DNA of 64,000 nt, taken from contig OY729426.1 of NCBI GenBank assembly GCA_963422365.1, forward strand, positions 32,001-96,000, read 5' to 3'. The notes beneath the pieces are model-generated. The model did not search any database, was not told where the DNA came from, and saw only the letters and a program-made list of their open reading frames with translations. Positions 11,831 to 21,409 of this stretch are shown here, piece by piece. Position 1 is the stretch's first letter; each line of letters opens with the position of its first letter. The DNA is from Nitrospirales bacterium. GTDB taxonomy: Bacteria; Nitrospirota; Nitrospiria; Nitrospirales; UBA8639. The position numbers were made by a program, and so were the translations under genes.

Positions 11831-13868
11831 CGGCCAGCGTGATTGTGCCGCTGGAATTCACAACAAGTGATGCACTGCCGCCAATGCTCAGCGATTCGCC
11901 TACTGTGATAGCGGACGCCACAATCGAACTGCCGGCCTGGCCGGTACCGGTCGGGCCTGTGGTCGCTGTGCCGATGATGATGGACCCGGAAGTGACAAAC
12001 CTCCCTATTTCCGCATTGCTGAGATTGCCAGCCCCAGCAGAAATTGTCATCAGGACGGATTGGGACGGCGCCACATGTATGTCTCCCGTTCCGGCGTCTA
12101 TGCTACTGGCGAGGTCAATCGCGAACCCGGCGCCAATCAGCGTGACGTCGCCGTTGTTGGAGGTAATGGAACCACTGCTGCCAATCGTCAGTGTTCCGAT
12201 GCCGTCGTTATTACCTGACCTCGGCGAGTCCGCTTCAAATATAAAATTGTGTGCGCCGTTGGTGCCGGTAATGGCAGCATTGATTGTCAGATGACGCCCT
12301 GCCTGCAGGCTCAGGGTGCTGCTTGAACTACCGCTCCTGTCGATAGGAGAACTGACTGTCATGTCCCGCTGCGCTTGAAGGGTGACATCTCCATCGATGG
12401 CTTCGAATGCCACAGGCTGAATGTTATAATCGTTGCTATCGGAGCCGAAACTGATCTCGCCGTCGGCGGACACCTCATTGTTATTGGTTCCATCCCCATC
12501 GGAAATGGTGATATCCCTCGGGTCCAGGAGCAACTCGCCGGCTGAGCCGCCTGGCGCACGCAGATCGACCGCGGCTGCGGCAAATTGCAGATGACGCTTG
12601 CCCGATACTTCCGCAAAACCGCCATCGCCGGAATGGGTGCCACCGCGAGCGGAAATGCTCCCCAAAAAGCGAGTTACCCGTTCCGACCAAACGATGACTT
12701 TGCCCCCGTTGCCGGTGCCGGTGGCGTCGGCCCGGATTGTCACGTCGCCGCCAACCGTGGCGTATTCGGCGTTGCGCTCCGGTCCCTTGCCCTGGAAATT
12801 GCCGCCAATCAGGGTCGTGCCGCCGCCAGAATGCCCGGACGCATCGATCTTGGCCTGCTCAACGACGCCGACTTTCTCGCCCAGCACTTTCACGCTGCCA
12901 CCGGTCTCACCTCGCCCCTTGCCGGAAGCGTCCAGCTTGCCGGCGACCCGGACGATGCCCTCGCCATTGCCCAGCAGTTGAATGTGGCCGTTGCGCATTC
13001 CCACTGAGCGCGCTTCGACGATGCCGTCCATGTTGATGACGCGGTCAACCACGTCCTTCGCCGCACTGGCTGCCAGCCACACGGCTCCGCCGTCGGCATT
13101 GATCGTGCCGCTGTTGTCAACCAGCGCTGCCAGAGGGGCTCCATCGGGGGCCGTCAGGCGCTCGGCCACGCGGTCATCAACCCTGAGCCGGATCAAGCTG
13201 TCGCCGTGGAGATCAAACGTGAAGGCATTGCCCGAAGCCAGCGCAACACGACCGAGCCGGGCGCGAATCACCCCGCTGTTCTCGACGCCGGGTGCCACCA
13301 GCGCTACCAAGCCGCCTTCGGCTGCGGTGATCCTGCCGCGGTTGACGACCGTCCCGCCAGGATTATGGTTGATAGCAAAGTTGAAACGACCGGCCATGAA
13401 GTCTTCATTGCGGATATCGATCGTTGTCGCGACCAGGCCGGCGACGTCCACCACGGCGGTTTTGCCGAACAGGATGCCATTCGGGTTGAGCAGCATGACC
13501 CGGCCGTTGGCGGTCAGCTTCCCGAGAAGATTGGAGTACGAATCGCCCCTGACCCGGTTCAGCGTCATCGAAGAAGCGGACGGCTGCCGAAAGTGGGTAT
13601 GCTCGTCCACGTCAATCGAGAACGAACGCCAATCGATGACGGCGTTGGCGGAGCGCTGGTTGATATCAAGACGATTGGGCGTGGACTGTACGATGTCAGC
13701 CCCGCCGGCAATCACCTTGCCGTCCTTCGGCATTGCCTGCACCAGCCCGCCGGCCGTCAGCACCCCGCAAGACAGGGCCAACAGCAGTACGAGAAATGTC
13801 AATCGCCGACCAGAGATTCCATGATGGGCCTCGCTGATTCGCTCCGCAACATTAGGGAAAGCCGTCAT
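1..13868 (-). CDS. Giant filamentous haemagglutinin-family TpsA exoprotein/adhesin (signal peptide, TPS secretion domain, ~38 beta-helical repeats); apparent frameshift at ~9490; 3' end lies beyond the left edge
   Basis: ORF 9459..13868 has a signal peptide, the TPS-domain motifs 'IDWRSFSI' and 'LLNPNGILFG', then G/T/A/V/D-rich repeats. The same repeat continues in another minus frame from ~9490 to base 1 (bases 1-30 read ...GNIDVTGTGL). It lies 20 nt downstream of a TpsB gene. Confidence 0.9.
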
Positions 13869-13888
13869 AGACCAATCTCCCTCTTCAG

Positions 13889-15626
13889 CTAAAAGCGCGC
13901 CGTGAAGGTGAAGAATACGCGCCGCGAGTCGACATCAATCGTTCGCGAGTCAGTTTTTTTGATCAGCGGCCAGGCGATCTCAAATGACCCTGACAGGTGA
14001 TCAGTGAAATTCAAACGAACGCCACCGCCTGCCGACGCCAGCTGCGTGTTTTCATCCAGCACCAGCGCACCAGGGTCCTTCCGCCACACTCCGCCGATAT
14101 CGGAGAAGCCGTATAGCTGATACCCCTCCACCAGAGCCGAGGCGCCGAGATTGTGCCCGTAGCGCAGTTCCCCGAGAAGGCAGCCCCCCTGGTCGCCTGT
14201 CACTTCCGAGGGGTCGTACGCTCGGCCACAGCGCTCGCCCCCAATCCCGAATTCCTCCGACGCCAGCAGCTTGGACAACGCATACTGGGACGTGAAATTG
14301 GCAAACAGTGACCAGTGGCTGCTGATCCGTTGCAGGCGCGATAGAGTCAACTGGAACTTGGTGAAGTTTGTACGCCCTTTCTGGCGCGACAGTTCCGTCG
14401 AGCCGTTACTCGATGCACCCAAAATGCTCATCCCCTGGTTGAGGTCCAGCCCAAGCCGATTCACGCCGCCGAAACGGTCCACGGAATCATACAGCACGCC
14501 TACCCTGATAAAGCGCAGATGATCTCTTGACAGCCGCGCGCCGAAAATGGTGGTCTCGCTGTTGCGAGCCACAAATTCGGCATACAGCGAGACATTCTTT
14601 GCGCGCGAGCGGATGACAGGGGTGGTGCCCCCCACCCGAAAGGCGTGGGACTTGCTTTCGATGTGCAGCTTCTTCAGCGTATACCCAGGCTCCGACTCCG
14701 TGCGGGTCACTTGAAGGTACAGCTTCTCGCCGTCAGTGCCGATTTGACGCTCATGCCCGACCTCATAATACCTCAACTCATCCGGCTGCTGGGCGACGAC
14801 GACTCTTCCCGTTATTCGATCATAATAGCCGGACAGCGAGTTGACCCCCGCCCCCAGCCACGCCTGATAGGGACCGTTGAATTTGCTGCCACGGTTGTCA
14901 ACGCGCATAAAGCCATCCGCCAGAGTGTCCTTGATATCAATGATCAGTTCCGAGGCACCCGGCGTCTCCTTGGCCGCGCCTATCACTGCCTGCGACGTGA
15001 CGCCGGGCAGATCGTTGAAAAGCAGCAGATAGCGCTCCAGTACATCGATAGTCAGCGGACGTGCACTCTTGATCTTATTGGCGTAGGCATCGAGTAGCAA
15101 ACGCCGGCCACCATGTACCTCGCCTTCAATCCGTACCGCATTGATGTACCCTTCCACAACCCGGATCCGAACGACCCCCTCGGTAATCGTCTGCGGCGGC
15201 AACAGCGCCCGTGACAGGACATAGCCGTCGTTTCGGTACTTGGCCGTGATCGCCTCGGCAATATCGAACACGGAAGCGAGCGAAATTTCCTGGCCAAGCT
15301 GCTCTTCGTACAGAGATACTAACTCTGCTTCTGAATAAACAGTCGAGCCTTCCACAACCACCTCTGTCAGATCTACAGTGATCTCTCCCTCTTCCTCTGC
15401 CGATCTCCTGCGCTCGGCCTCGGGGATTAAGAACTCGGGAGTCGACCTTGGCACCGCAGGCATCTGCAAGTACTGCTCGATCTGACCGGGGGCTGTTTTA
15501 GGGGGGGGGGGGGGGGGGGGATTGTGCCTTCACTTTGCCTGCCGGAGATATCACGGCACAAAGCGCAACAGCGAAAAACGTAGACAGCCAGATGTAGAAA
15601 CGATGGGAGAGAACTAGAAAACCCAT
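13889..15626 (-). CDS. ShlB/FhaC/HecB family TpsB outer-membrane secretion/activation protein; N-terminus out of frame at a poly-C tract
   Basis: ORF 13889..15469 has POTRA motifs (YRNDGYVLSRALLPPQ; LLFNDLPGV), 'DNRGS', a VRGY-like 'GRAY' loop and C-terminal Phe. ATG 15626 encodes a signal peptide (MGFLVLSHRFYIWLSTFFAVALCAVISPAGKVKAQ) that joins this ORF if the tract has 19 C instead of 20. Confidence 0.9.
15501..15520. repeat. Homopolymer G20 (C20 on the coding strand) inside the 5' end of tpsB
   Basis: Directly visible; the longest homopolymer in the window. Confidence 0.95.
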
Positions 15627-15679
15627 AAGATCTTGACGGACACGTGTCGTACGACTACTCAATCAGATAATTATAAAAA

Positions 15680-15709
15680 AATATAAACGAAAAAGGAATG
15701 AATAGTCAA
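15680..15709 (-). promoter_or_regulatory. Putative sigma70 promoter for tpsB-tpsA
   Basis: TTGACT-18 nt-TATATT on the minus strand in an AT-rich patch, ~55 nt upstream of ATG 15626. Confidence 0.5.
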
Positions 15710-15858
15710 TCGTTTTGTAGACAATGGATGAGTCCCCTTTTTATGCAGGATGCGCTTTCTGGAATGATGCAAGCTGAAGCCACTGATTCATAAGTCAGCC
15801 TTCCGGTCCTGCTACCCGTATTTTCTTCGACAAGGCCCTCCCCCGATCACGGTTTTTT

Positions 15859-15888
15859 TTGACTCTCCTGATGCCGACGTTTTATAGT
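15859..15888 (+). promoter_or_regulatory. Putative sigma70 promoter
   Basis: TTGACT-18 nt-TATAGT ending 6 nt before ATG 15895. Confidence 0.5.
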
Positions 15889-15894
15889 CAATGA

Positions 15895-16476
15895 ATGGTT
15901 TCTCAGAATAGCCTACGCCAACTCAACATCCAAACGGCCAAAACGAGGGACTGTTTTGTGCGGCCCCACCTCCTCCTTCTCGTGCTGGGAGGAAGCCTTT
16001 GTGGCCTTTGGTCCGGACAGGCAATGGCCGAGCATCCCTCCACGACTCCCATGCCGTTTGAACGGGTCAAAAAATTAGTGGGAACCTGGCAGGGGCACAA
16101 GCAAGCACTCAATGGGCAGGAAGTCATCACCGTCGACTATTCATTAACGGCAAACGGCACGGCAGTGGTCGAACGAGTCTTCCCCGACACTCCTAAAGAA
16201 ATGGTGTCGATTTATACACAAGACGGGCACGAAATGGTCATGACACATTATTGCCTGTTGGGCAACCAGCCACGCATGCGAACCAGCAGCCCGATGAATG
16301 AACGTTCCATGACCCTGTCCTATATGGATGGGACGGGCATGCGTTCCTCTCGCGACATCCATATGCACGAGCTCACCGTTACCTTTGTCGACGACCGCCA
16401 TATGACGCATGAATGGACGTTATTCGAGAACGGCCAGAAAAAAGTCACCCATATGTTTGCCTTTGCTCGACAATAA
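15895..16476 (+). CDS. Hypothetical exported beta-barrel (lipocalin/DUF1579-like) protein
   Basis: Signal-like segment ending AMA, then 'LVGTWQG', 'MTHYCLLGNQPRM' and alternating beta-strands. Confidence 0.65.
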   Translation: MVSQNSLRQLNIQTAKTRDCFVRPHLLLLVLGGSLCGLWSGQAMAEHPSTTPMPFERVKKLVGTWQGHKQALNGQEVITVDYSLTANGTAVVERVFPDTPKEMVSIYTQDGHEMVMTHYCLLGNQPRMRTSSPMNERSMTLSYMDGTGMRSSRDIHMHELTVTFVDDRHMTHEWTLFENGQKKVTHMFAFARQ

Positions 16477-16607
16477 CTCAAGAACGACCATTACGTCTTT
16501 TTCTCGTCTCATCGCAAGACTCTCTTCCTTCGCCTTTCCCGGAGACCCCGTTGGGCCGAAGGTATCCCCCTTGATTCCCTCCCGATACGCTACGCTGCAG
16601 GCATAGG

Positions 16608-16668
16608 TCTTTGTCGCGGCACCATCTCATGGTGCCTTCTTCCAGGCCGCATGCGGTGCGGCTCCTGC
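16608..16668. repeat. Dispersed intergenic hairpin element, copy C
   Basis: ctttgtcgc-GGCACCAT-ctc-ATGGTGCC-ttcttcc; the downstream ggccgcatgcggtgcggctcctgca resembles 27636-27659. Confidence 0.6.
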
Positions 16669-16754
16669 AACTACAATAGCACGAGGCCCTGGCCGGGCCG
16701 TGACCCAAGATATGGCTTGACCATGAATTTCGCCGGATCGTGAAACGGGCACGT

Positions 16755-17261
16755 TCAAATGTCCAGAATCTCCACAGCCTGCCAGTCCTGCGAGTTCGTT
16801 GAATCGGCTCGAATGAGTTGGAGTTGTGAGACAAGAAAGGTGCGAGGAAGGTCCGTCGGCAAGGATTTGATAATATCTTGCTTCATTCTTGCGGGAAACA
16901 GCCCGTACAAGAGACTGACGTGCGGGTCAAAGAATCTCGTCGATTTTCTGCCGAAAATCTGCAGGGCCTGTTGATGAGCCTCTAGTATGGGCAGAGATGG
17001 CTTGACCGGAAGAAAGAGGCATCGAAAATATTGCGATTCATAACCCGGCTCCTTGATCTGAGCCTCAAAAGGACAAAGCACATGCGCTAATTGTTTCGTG
17101 AGGTCGGCAAGGGGTTCCTCTTCTCCTTCGAGTTTTCCAAGCAGGGTGAGATGGGGGTCGAACTTGGGGCCACGATACAGCGCACTCAACCCAGAGATAA
17201 CGCCGGCAAGTCGGTTGTAAGCCTCGCCTGTCGGGACAAGCCAGAGATGGAACGTACTCAC
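16755..17261 (-). CDS. 2H phosphoesterase / cyclic phosphodiesterase-like (CPDase) protein
   Basis: Two HxT/S motifs (PHLTL, PHVSL) about 80 aa apart; N-terminal 'HLWLVP'. Confidence 0.8.
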   Translation of the reverse strand: MSTFHLWLVPTGEAYNRLAGVISGLSALYRGPKFDPHLTLLGKLEGEEEPLADLTKQLAHVLCPFEAQIKEPGYESQYFRCLFLPVKPSLPILEAHQQALQIFGRKSTRFFDPHVSLLYGLFPARMKQDIIKSLPTDLPRTFLVSQLQLIRADSTNSQDWQAVEILDI

Positions 17262-17286
17262 AAACGGGGCTCGATGATCCGCGCGG

Positions 17287-19116
17287 TTACTCCACGGTCA
17301 CGCTTTTCGCCAGATTGCGCGGGTGGTCGACATCGATATTTCGGAGTATCGCAATATGATACGCGAATAATTGAAGCGCGACCGTAAAGGGAATCGGTGA
17401 GAGCAAGGCAGGGGCGTTGGGAATCCTGAAGACACAGTCGGCTAAGGCTTCAAGGTCTCGTTCCCCCTCACTCACAAACGCAATGACCGGTGCGTTGCGC
17501 GCTTTGACTTCCATAAGATTGCTCACGGTTTTTTCGTACAACCGGTCCCGCGGGGCCAGCACCACCACCGGCATGTCTTCGTCGATCAGAGCAATGGGGC
17601 CATGCTTCATTTCTCCCGCCGCATACCCTTCCGCGTGAATGTAGGAAATTTCTTTGAGCTTCAGTGCTCCTTCCAAAGCAATCGGATAATTGATCCCACG
17701 TCCAAGATAGAAAAAGTTGTTCTTTTGGTAAAACCGTTTCGCCAGTGACACGAATTCGGCTTCTCGTTTGATGACGTGTTCCACGTGCTTGGCCAGGGCC
17801 ATAAATTGATCCAGCCACCATTGACCATCTTCTACACTCAAGATTTGGCGAACTCTCCCTATGTGCAAGGCTAAGAGATACACGACCATGACCTGACCGA
17901 TGAAGGCCTTGGTCGATGCCACACTGATCTCCGGGCCACAACGGGTATAAATCACGCCGTCGGATTCCCTGGCCAGCGTGCTGCCGACGACGTTCACAAT
18001 CGACAGGACGTGCGCGCCCAATCGTTTGGCCTCTCTGGCAGCAGCCAGTGTATCCGCGGTTTCTCCTGATTGAGAAAGGGCAATAAAGACGTCCCCTTCC
18101 TGAACCATCGGGTTGCGATACCGGAATTCGGAGCCGATATCGACTTGGACCGGGTGGCGAACGAGTTCCTCGAATAAATATTTCCCGACCAGGCCGGAGT
18201 GCCAAGACGTTCCACACGCGACAATCCACATCGACCGGGCATTCCTCAGTTGATCCGGCGTTATCGCCAAATCCGGCAAATCCGCTTCACCCGAGTCATA
18301 ACTGAATCGACCCCGCAGCGTATCGAGAATGGCCTGTGGTTGCTCATGAATTTCTTTGAGCATAAAGTGAGGGTACCCGCCTTTTTCCACGGCTTCCGCA
18401 TTCCAGTCGATTTGGACCATTTCCCTGTGGGCGGGTTGTCCCTCCGCACCGGTCACCGTCATGCTAAGTGGCGTTAGCGTCCCGATATCCCCGTCTTCTA
18501 AAAATATCACATTGCGGGTATGGGCGAGTAACGGCGTCACGTCGGAGGCCAGAAAGAAGGCCTTTTTACTTTGCCCGAGAACCAAAGGACACCCCGATTT
18601 GGTCACGACCAGGGTATCGGGGTCGCTCACACACATACCGGCAATTGCGTAACTCCCATGTAATTGCCAAATCGTTGTTTGAAACGCCTGTTGGAGGGAT
18701 TGCCCCTCTTCCATATGAAATGCCAATAAATGGGCGATCACTTCGGTATCCGTCTCGGATTCGAAATGATACCCCGCGTTTTCCAGTCGCTGTTTGTGGG
18801 CCAGATAATTTTCAATAATGCCGTTGTGAACGATGATGACGTTCCCTGAACGATGGGGATGGGCGTTTTGTTCGGAAGGTCTGCCATGCGTGGCCCATCG
18901 CGTATGCCCGATCCCTGCCGTTCCAAAGAGGTGTTCTTGTTTCAGCGCTGCTTCCAAATGAAGTAATTTGCCGACGCTTCGGCGGATCTCAATCCGGCCG
19001 TGCTGCAACACGGCAATCCCTGCCGAATCGTATCCTCGATACTCCAGACGCTTCAGGCCCTCCAGGAGCACATTGGCGGCATTGTCATTCCCGATATATC
19101 CTATAATTCCACACAT
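17287..19116 (-). CDS. glmS: Glutamine--fructose-6-phosphate aminotransferase (isomerizing)
   Basis: MCGIIG start, LEYRGYDSAG, GHTRWATHG, C-terminal PRNLAKSVTVE. Confidence 0.98.
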   Translation of the reverse strand: MCGIIGYIGNDNAANVLLEGLKRLEYRGYDSAGIAVLQHGRIEIRRSVGKLLHLEAALKQEHLFGTAGIGHTRWATHGRPSEQNAHPHRSGNVIIVHNGIIENYLAHKQRLENAGYHFESETDTEVIAHLLAFHMEEGQSLQQAFQTTIWQLHGSYAIAGMCVSDPDTLVVTKSGCPLVLGQSKKAFFLASDVTPLLAHTRNVIFLEDGDIGTLTPLSMTVTGAEGQPAHREMVQIDWNAEAVEKGGYPHFMLKEIHEQPQAILDTLRGRFSYDSGEADLPDLAITPDQLRNARSMWIVACGTSWHSGLVGKYLFEELVRHPVQVDIGSEFRYRNPMVQEGDVFIALSQSGETADTLAAAREAKRLGAHVLSIVNVVGSTLARESDGVIYTRCGPEISVASTKAFIGQVMVVYLLALHIGRVRQILSVEDGQWWLDQFMALAKHVEHVIKREAEFVSLAKRFYQKNNFFYLGRGINYPIALEGALKLKEISYIHAEGYAAGEMKHGPIALIDEDMPVVVLAPRDRLYEKTVSNLMEVKARNAPVIAFVSEGERDLEALADCVFRIPNAPALLSPIPFTVALQLFAYHIAILRNIDVDHPRNLAKSVTVE

Positions 19117-19183
19117 AAGTTGTCAGTCTGAGCCCTTCTCAAAAATGGCATGCGCCCAAGCCCCACAGAACCAGCCAGCAAGG

Positions 19184-20659
19184 CTAATCATCCGGGGGGG
19201 TCTTCCCGGTACGAGAATGAGGTTTGGACTTTTTGACTGGTGACTTTACGTCTTGATAAGAGGCTCGTCGTCGGGACGCCCACTCTTCATGGGTGACCTG
19301 TTGGCTTCTTGATAACGCAAGCGCATTGGCAGGCACATCTTGCGTAATCGTCGATCCTGCCCCCACAACGGCCCCCTTCCCCATTTTGACGGGAGCGATC
19401 AGTTGCGTATCACTCCCAATGAACACCTCATCCTCGATAATCGTCCGTTCTTTTCGGTATCCGTCATAATTGCACGTGATCGTCCCCGCCCCGATATTGA
19501 CCTGTTTCCCCACGGAGGTATCACCCAAATACGTCAAATGATTCGCTTTGGATTCGGGACCCAGTTCCGTATTTTTTAATTCAACGAAATTCCCGACTTT
19601 AGCCTTTTTTCTCAGAATCGAGCCAGGACGAAGGTGCGCAAACGGCCCGACCGTGGCATGGTCCTCTATGACCGCACCGTCTACCAAAGAATTATCCGCA
19701 ATGGTGACGGCATTCCCAAGCACGCTATTCGTCACCCGAGAAGAGGATCGAATCAGGCATTCGGTCCCGATTTCCGTTTGACCTTCTAATGTCACCCCAG
19801 GGTATAACACGGTATCCGGACCAATCCTGACCCCATCATCGATAAACGTCGTCCGAGGATCGAGCATGGTCACGCCCTCCTCCAACCATCGCGTCCGAAT
19901 GCGTTGCCGCATCGCCTGTTCGACGAGAGCCAGATGCTCTCGGGTATTGACCCCAACACATTCCGAGGGATCAGCGATCTTCATGCCCACAACCCGACAC
20001 CCCTCGGTCACGGCCAGGCCCACGATATCGGTCAGATAATACTCTCCTTGAGCATTATGAGCGTGAATCACGGCCAACGTCTTAAATAAAAACTGCGTTT
20101 CAACCACATAGGTTCCGACGTTCACTTCGTGGATGGCGCACTCAGCTCGAGTGGCATCCTGATCCTCTACCACTTTGAGGACGTGCCCTTTTTTCCCTCT
20201 GACGACACGGCCATAGCCTCGGGGATCAGGCAAATCAGCACTCAAAATGGTCAAGGTGGCTTTTTCGTTTGCATGATGGTCCAATAACTGTTCGATGGTC
20301 TCTCGCCTCAGCAAAGGCGTATCCGCATTGACAATGAGGCAATGCTTGCACGCAGCCTTCCCGTTGGGCATCAAGGCTGCTTTGGCTTGTTGCACCGCAT
20401 GGCCAGTCCCCAACTGATCAGGTTGAAGGACTATATCGAAAGGATCGAGTGCTGATTTGGATTGTTCGAGAAAAGCCCGCACCCGTTCAGCTTGATGGCC
20501 AATGATCACCACCACGTGCGCATCCACGACTTGTCTGGCTAACGAGACCATATACCAGACCAGAGGTCTCCCTGCGACGGGGTGCAGAACTTTAGCCTTT
20601 TGGGACCGCATGCGTTTTCCTTGGCCCGCGGCGATGATAATCGCAGAACATTTCTTCAT
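19184..20659 (-). CDS. glmU: Bifunctional UDP-GlcNAc pyrophosphorylase / glucosamine-1-phosphate acetyltransferase
   Basis: AAGQGKRMRS..KVLH, QLGTGHAV, GYGRV, hexapeptide repeats, GAGTITCNYDG. Confidence 0.97.
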   Translation of the reverse strand: MKKCSAIIIAAGQGKRMRSQKAKVLHPVAGRPLVWYMVSLARQVVDAHVVVIIGHQAERVRAFLEQSKSALDPFDIVLQPDQLGTGHAVQQAKAALMPNGKAACKHCLIVNADTPLLRRETIEQLLDHHANEKATLTILSADLPDPRGYGRVVRGKKGHVLKVVEDQDATRAECAIHEVNVGTYVVETQFLFKTLAVIHAHNAQGEYYLTDIVGLAVTEGCRVVGMKIADPSECVGVNTREHLALVEQAMRQRIRTRWLEEGVTMLDPRTTFIDDGVRIGPDTVLYPGVTLEGQTEIGTECLIRSSSRVTNSVLGNAVTIADNSLVDGAVIEDHATVGPFAHLRPGSILRKKAKVGNFVELKNTELGPESKANHLTYLGDTSVGKQVNIGAGTITCNYDGYRKERTIIEDEVFIGSDTQLIAPVKMGKGAVVGAGSTITQDVPANALALSRSQQVTHEEWASRRRASYQDVKSPVKKSKPHSRTGKTPPDD

Positions 20660-21273
20660 CGATTGTTCTTCATAGTCTTACCGGAAGAATAGAGGCCCCC
20701 TGATACAATCAATTTCATGGCTTCTTCCACGCTCATGTCCACGGAGACCACTTCCCCTTCCGGGACCAACAAAAAGTACCCGGAAGTGGGATTGGGCGAG
20801 GTCGGGACATAAACATGGACCAAGGGTTCCGGCGCTAAGGTTTGAACCTCTTCTCTGGTCTCCCCGGTCACAAAGGCCAAGCAGTAGTTCCCGTCTTTCG
20901 GGAATTGAATCATCACCACTTTGTTGTATTTTTCCCGTTGTTTAAACGACAGGATATCCATCATCGATTTCAGGGTCGCATAAATCCCACGGACAAGAGG
21001 CACTCGTTCCAAAAATTCTTCCCATCGTTGAACCAAGCGACCTCCAATATAATTCGTCCCCATAAACCCTGCGAATACAATCAGAAAGAGGAGCGTCAAG
21101 ATCCCTAACCCCGGCACATAGTAGTCTTCGGTCACGACTTCGGCCAGCATATTCCCTAAAATACTGTCCACGGTGACAAAAAGGGTTTTGAGGATGAGGA
21201 CCGTTCCCCAAATAGGAGTGACCACTAACAGGCCCGTGAGAAAATATCGTTTCAATGCCGTGCTTGATATCAT
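20656..21273 (-). CDS. DUF502 domain membrane protein
   Basis: 'YFLTGLLVVTP', 'VYVPTSPNPTSG', 'EEAMKLIVSGG'. Confidence 0.9.
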   Translation of the reverse strand: MISSTALKRYFLTGLLVVTPIWGTVLILKTLFVTVDSILGNMLAEVVTEDYYVPGLGILTLLFLIVFAGFMGTNYIGGRLVQRWEEFLERVPLVRGIYATLKSMMDILSFKQREKYNKVVMIQFPKDGNYCLAFVTGETREEVQTLAPEPLVHVYVPTSPNPTSGYFLLVPEGEVVSVDMSVEEAMKLIVSGGLYSSGKTMKNNR

Positions 21274-21409
21274 AGTGCGTAAAAGTTCAGACGGCGAACA
21301 GACCCAACTGACGAGCGTTTCAACGGATTCAGGCTGAATGTTACAAACATGGGGGCTTTACTTCAACTCCTTTTCTTGCGAATATCAATAGGTTAGATTA
21401 CGATGCACC

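Noticed and set aside
8..12294. Very long plus-strand ORFs (up to 1206 aa, P/S/T/V/A-rich)
   Set aside because: Antisense shadows of the GC-rich tpsA repeats; they shift frame at the same 9490 anomaly and have no independent features.
16478..16834. 118-aa minus-strand ORF (also 27487..27759 and 56125..56325)
   Set aside because: Overlap real genes or the hairpin/leader regions, have atypical composition and no RBS or motifs.
19117..19183. glmS ribozyme
   Set aside because: The gap after glmU is only 67 nt and lacks the consensus.
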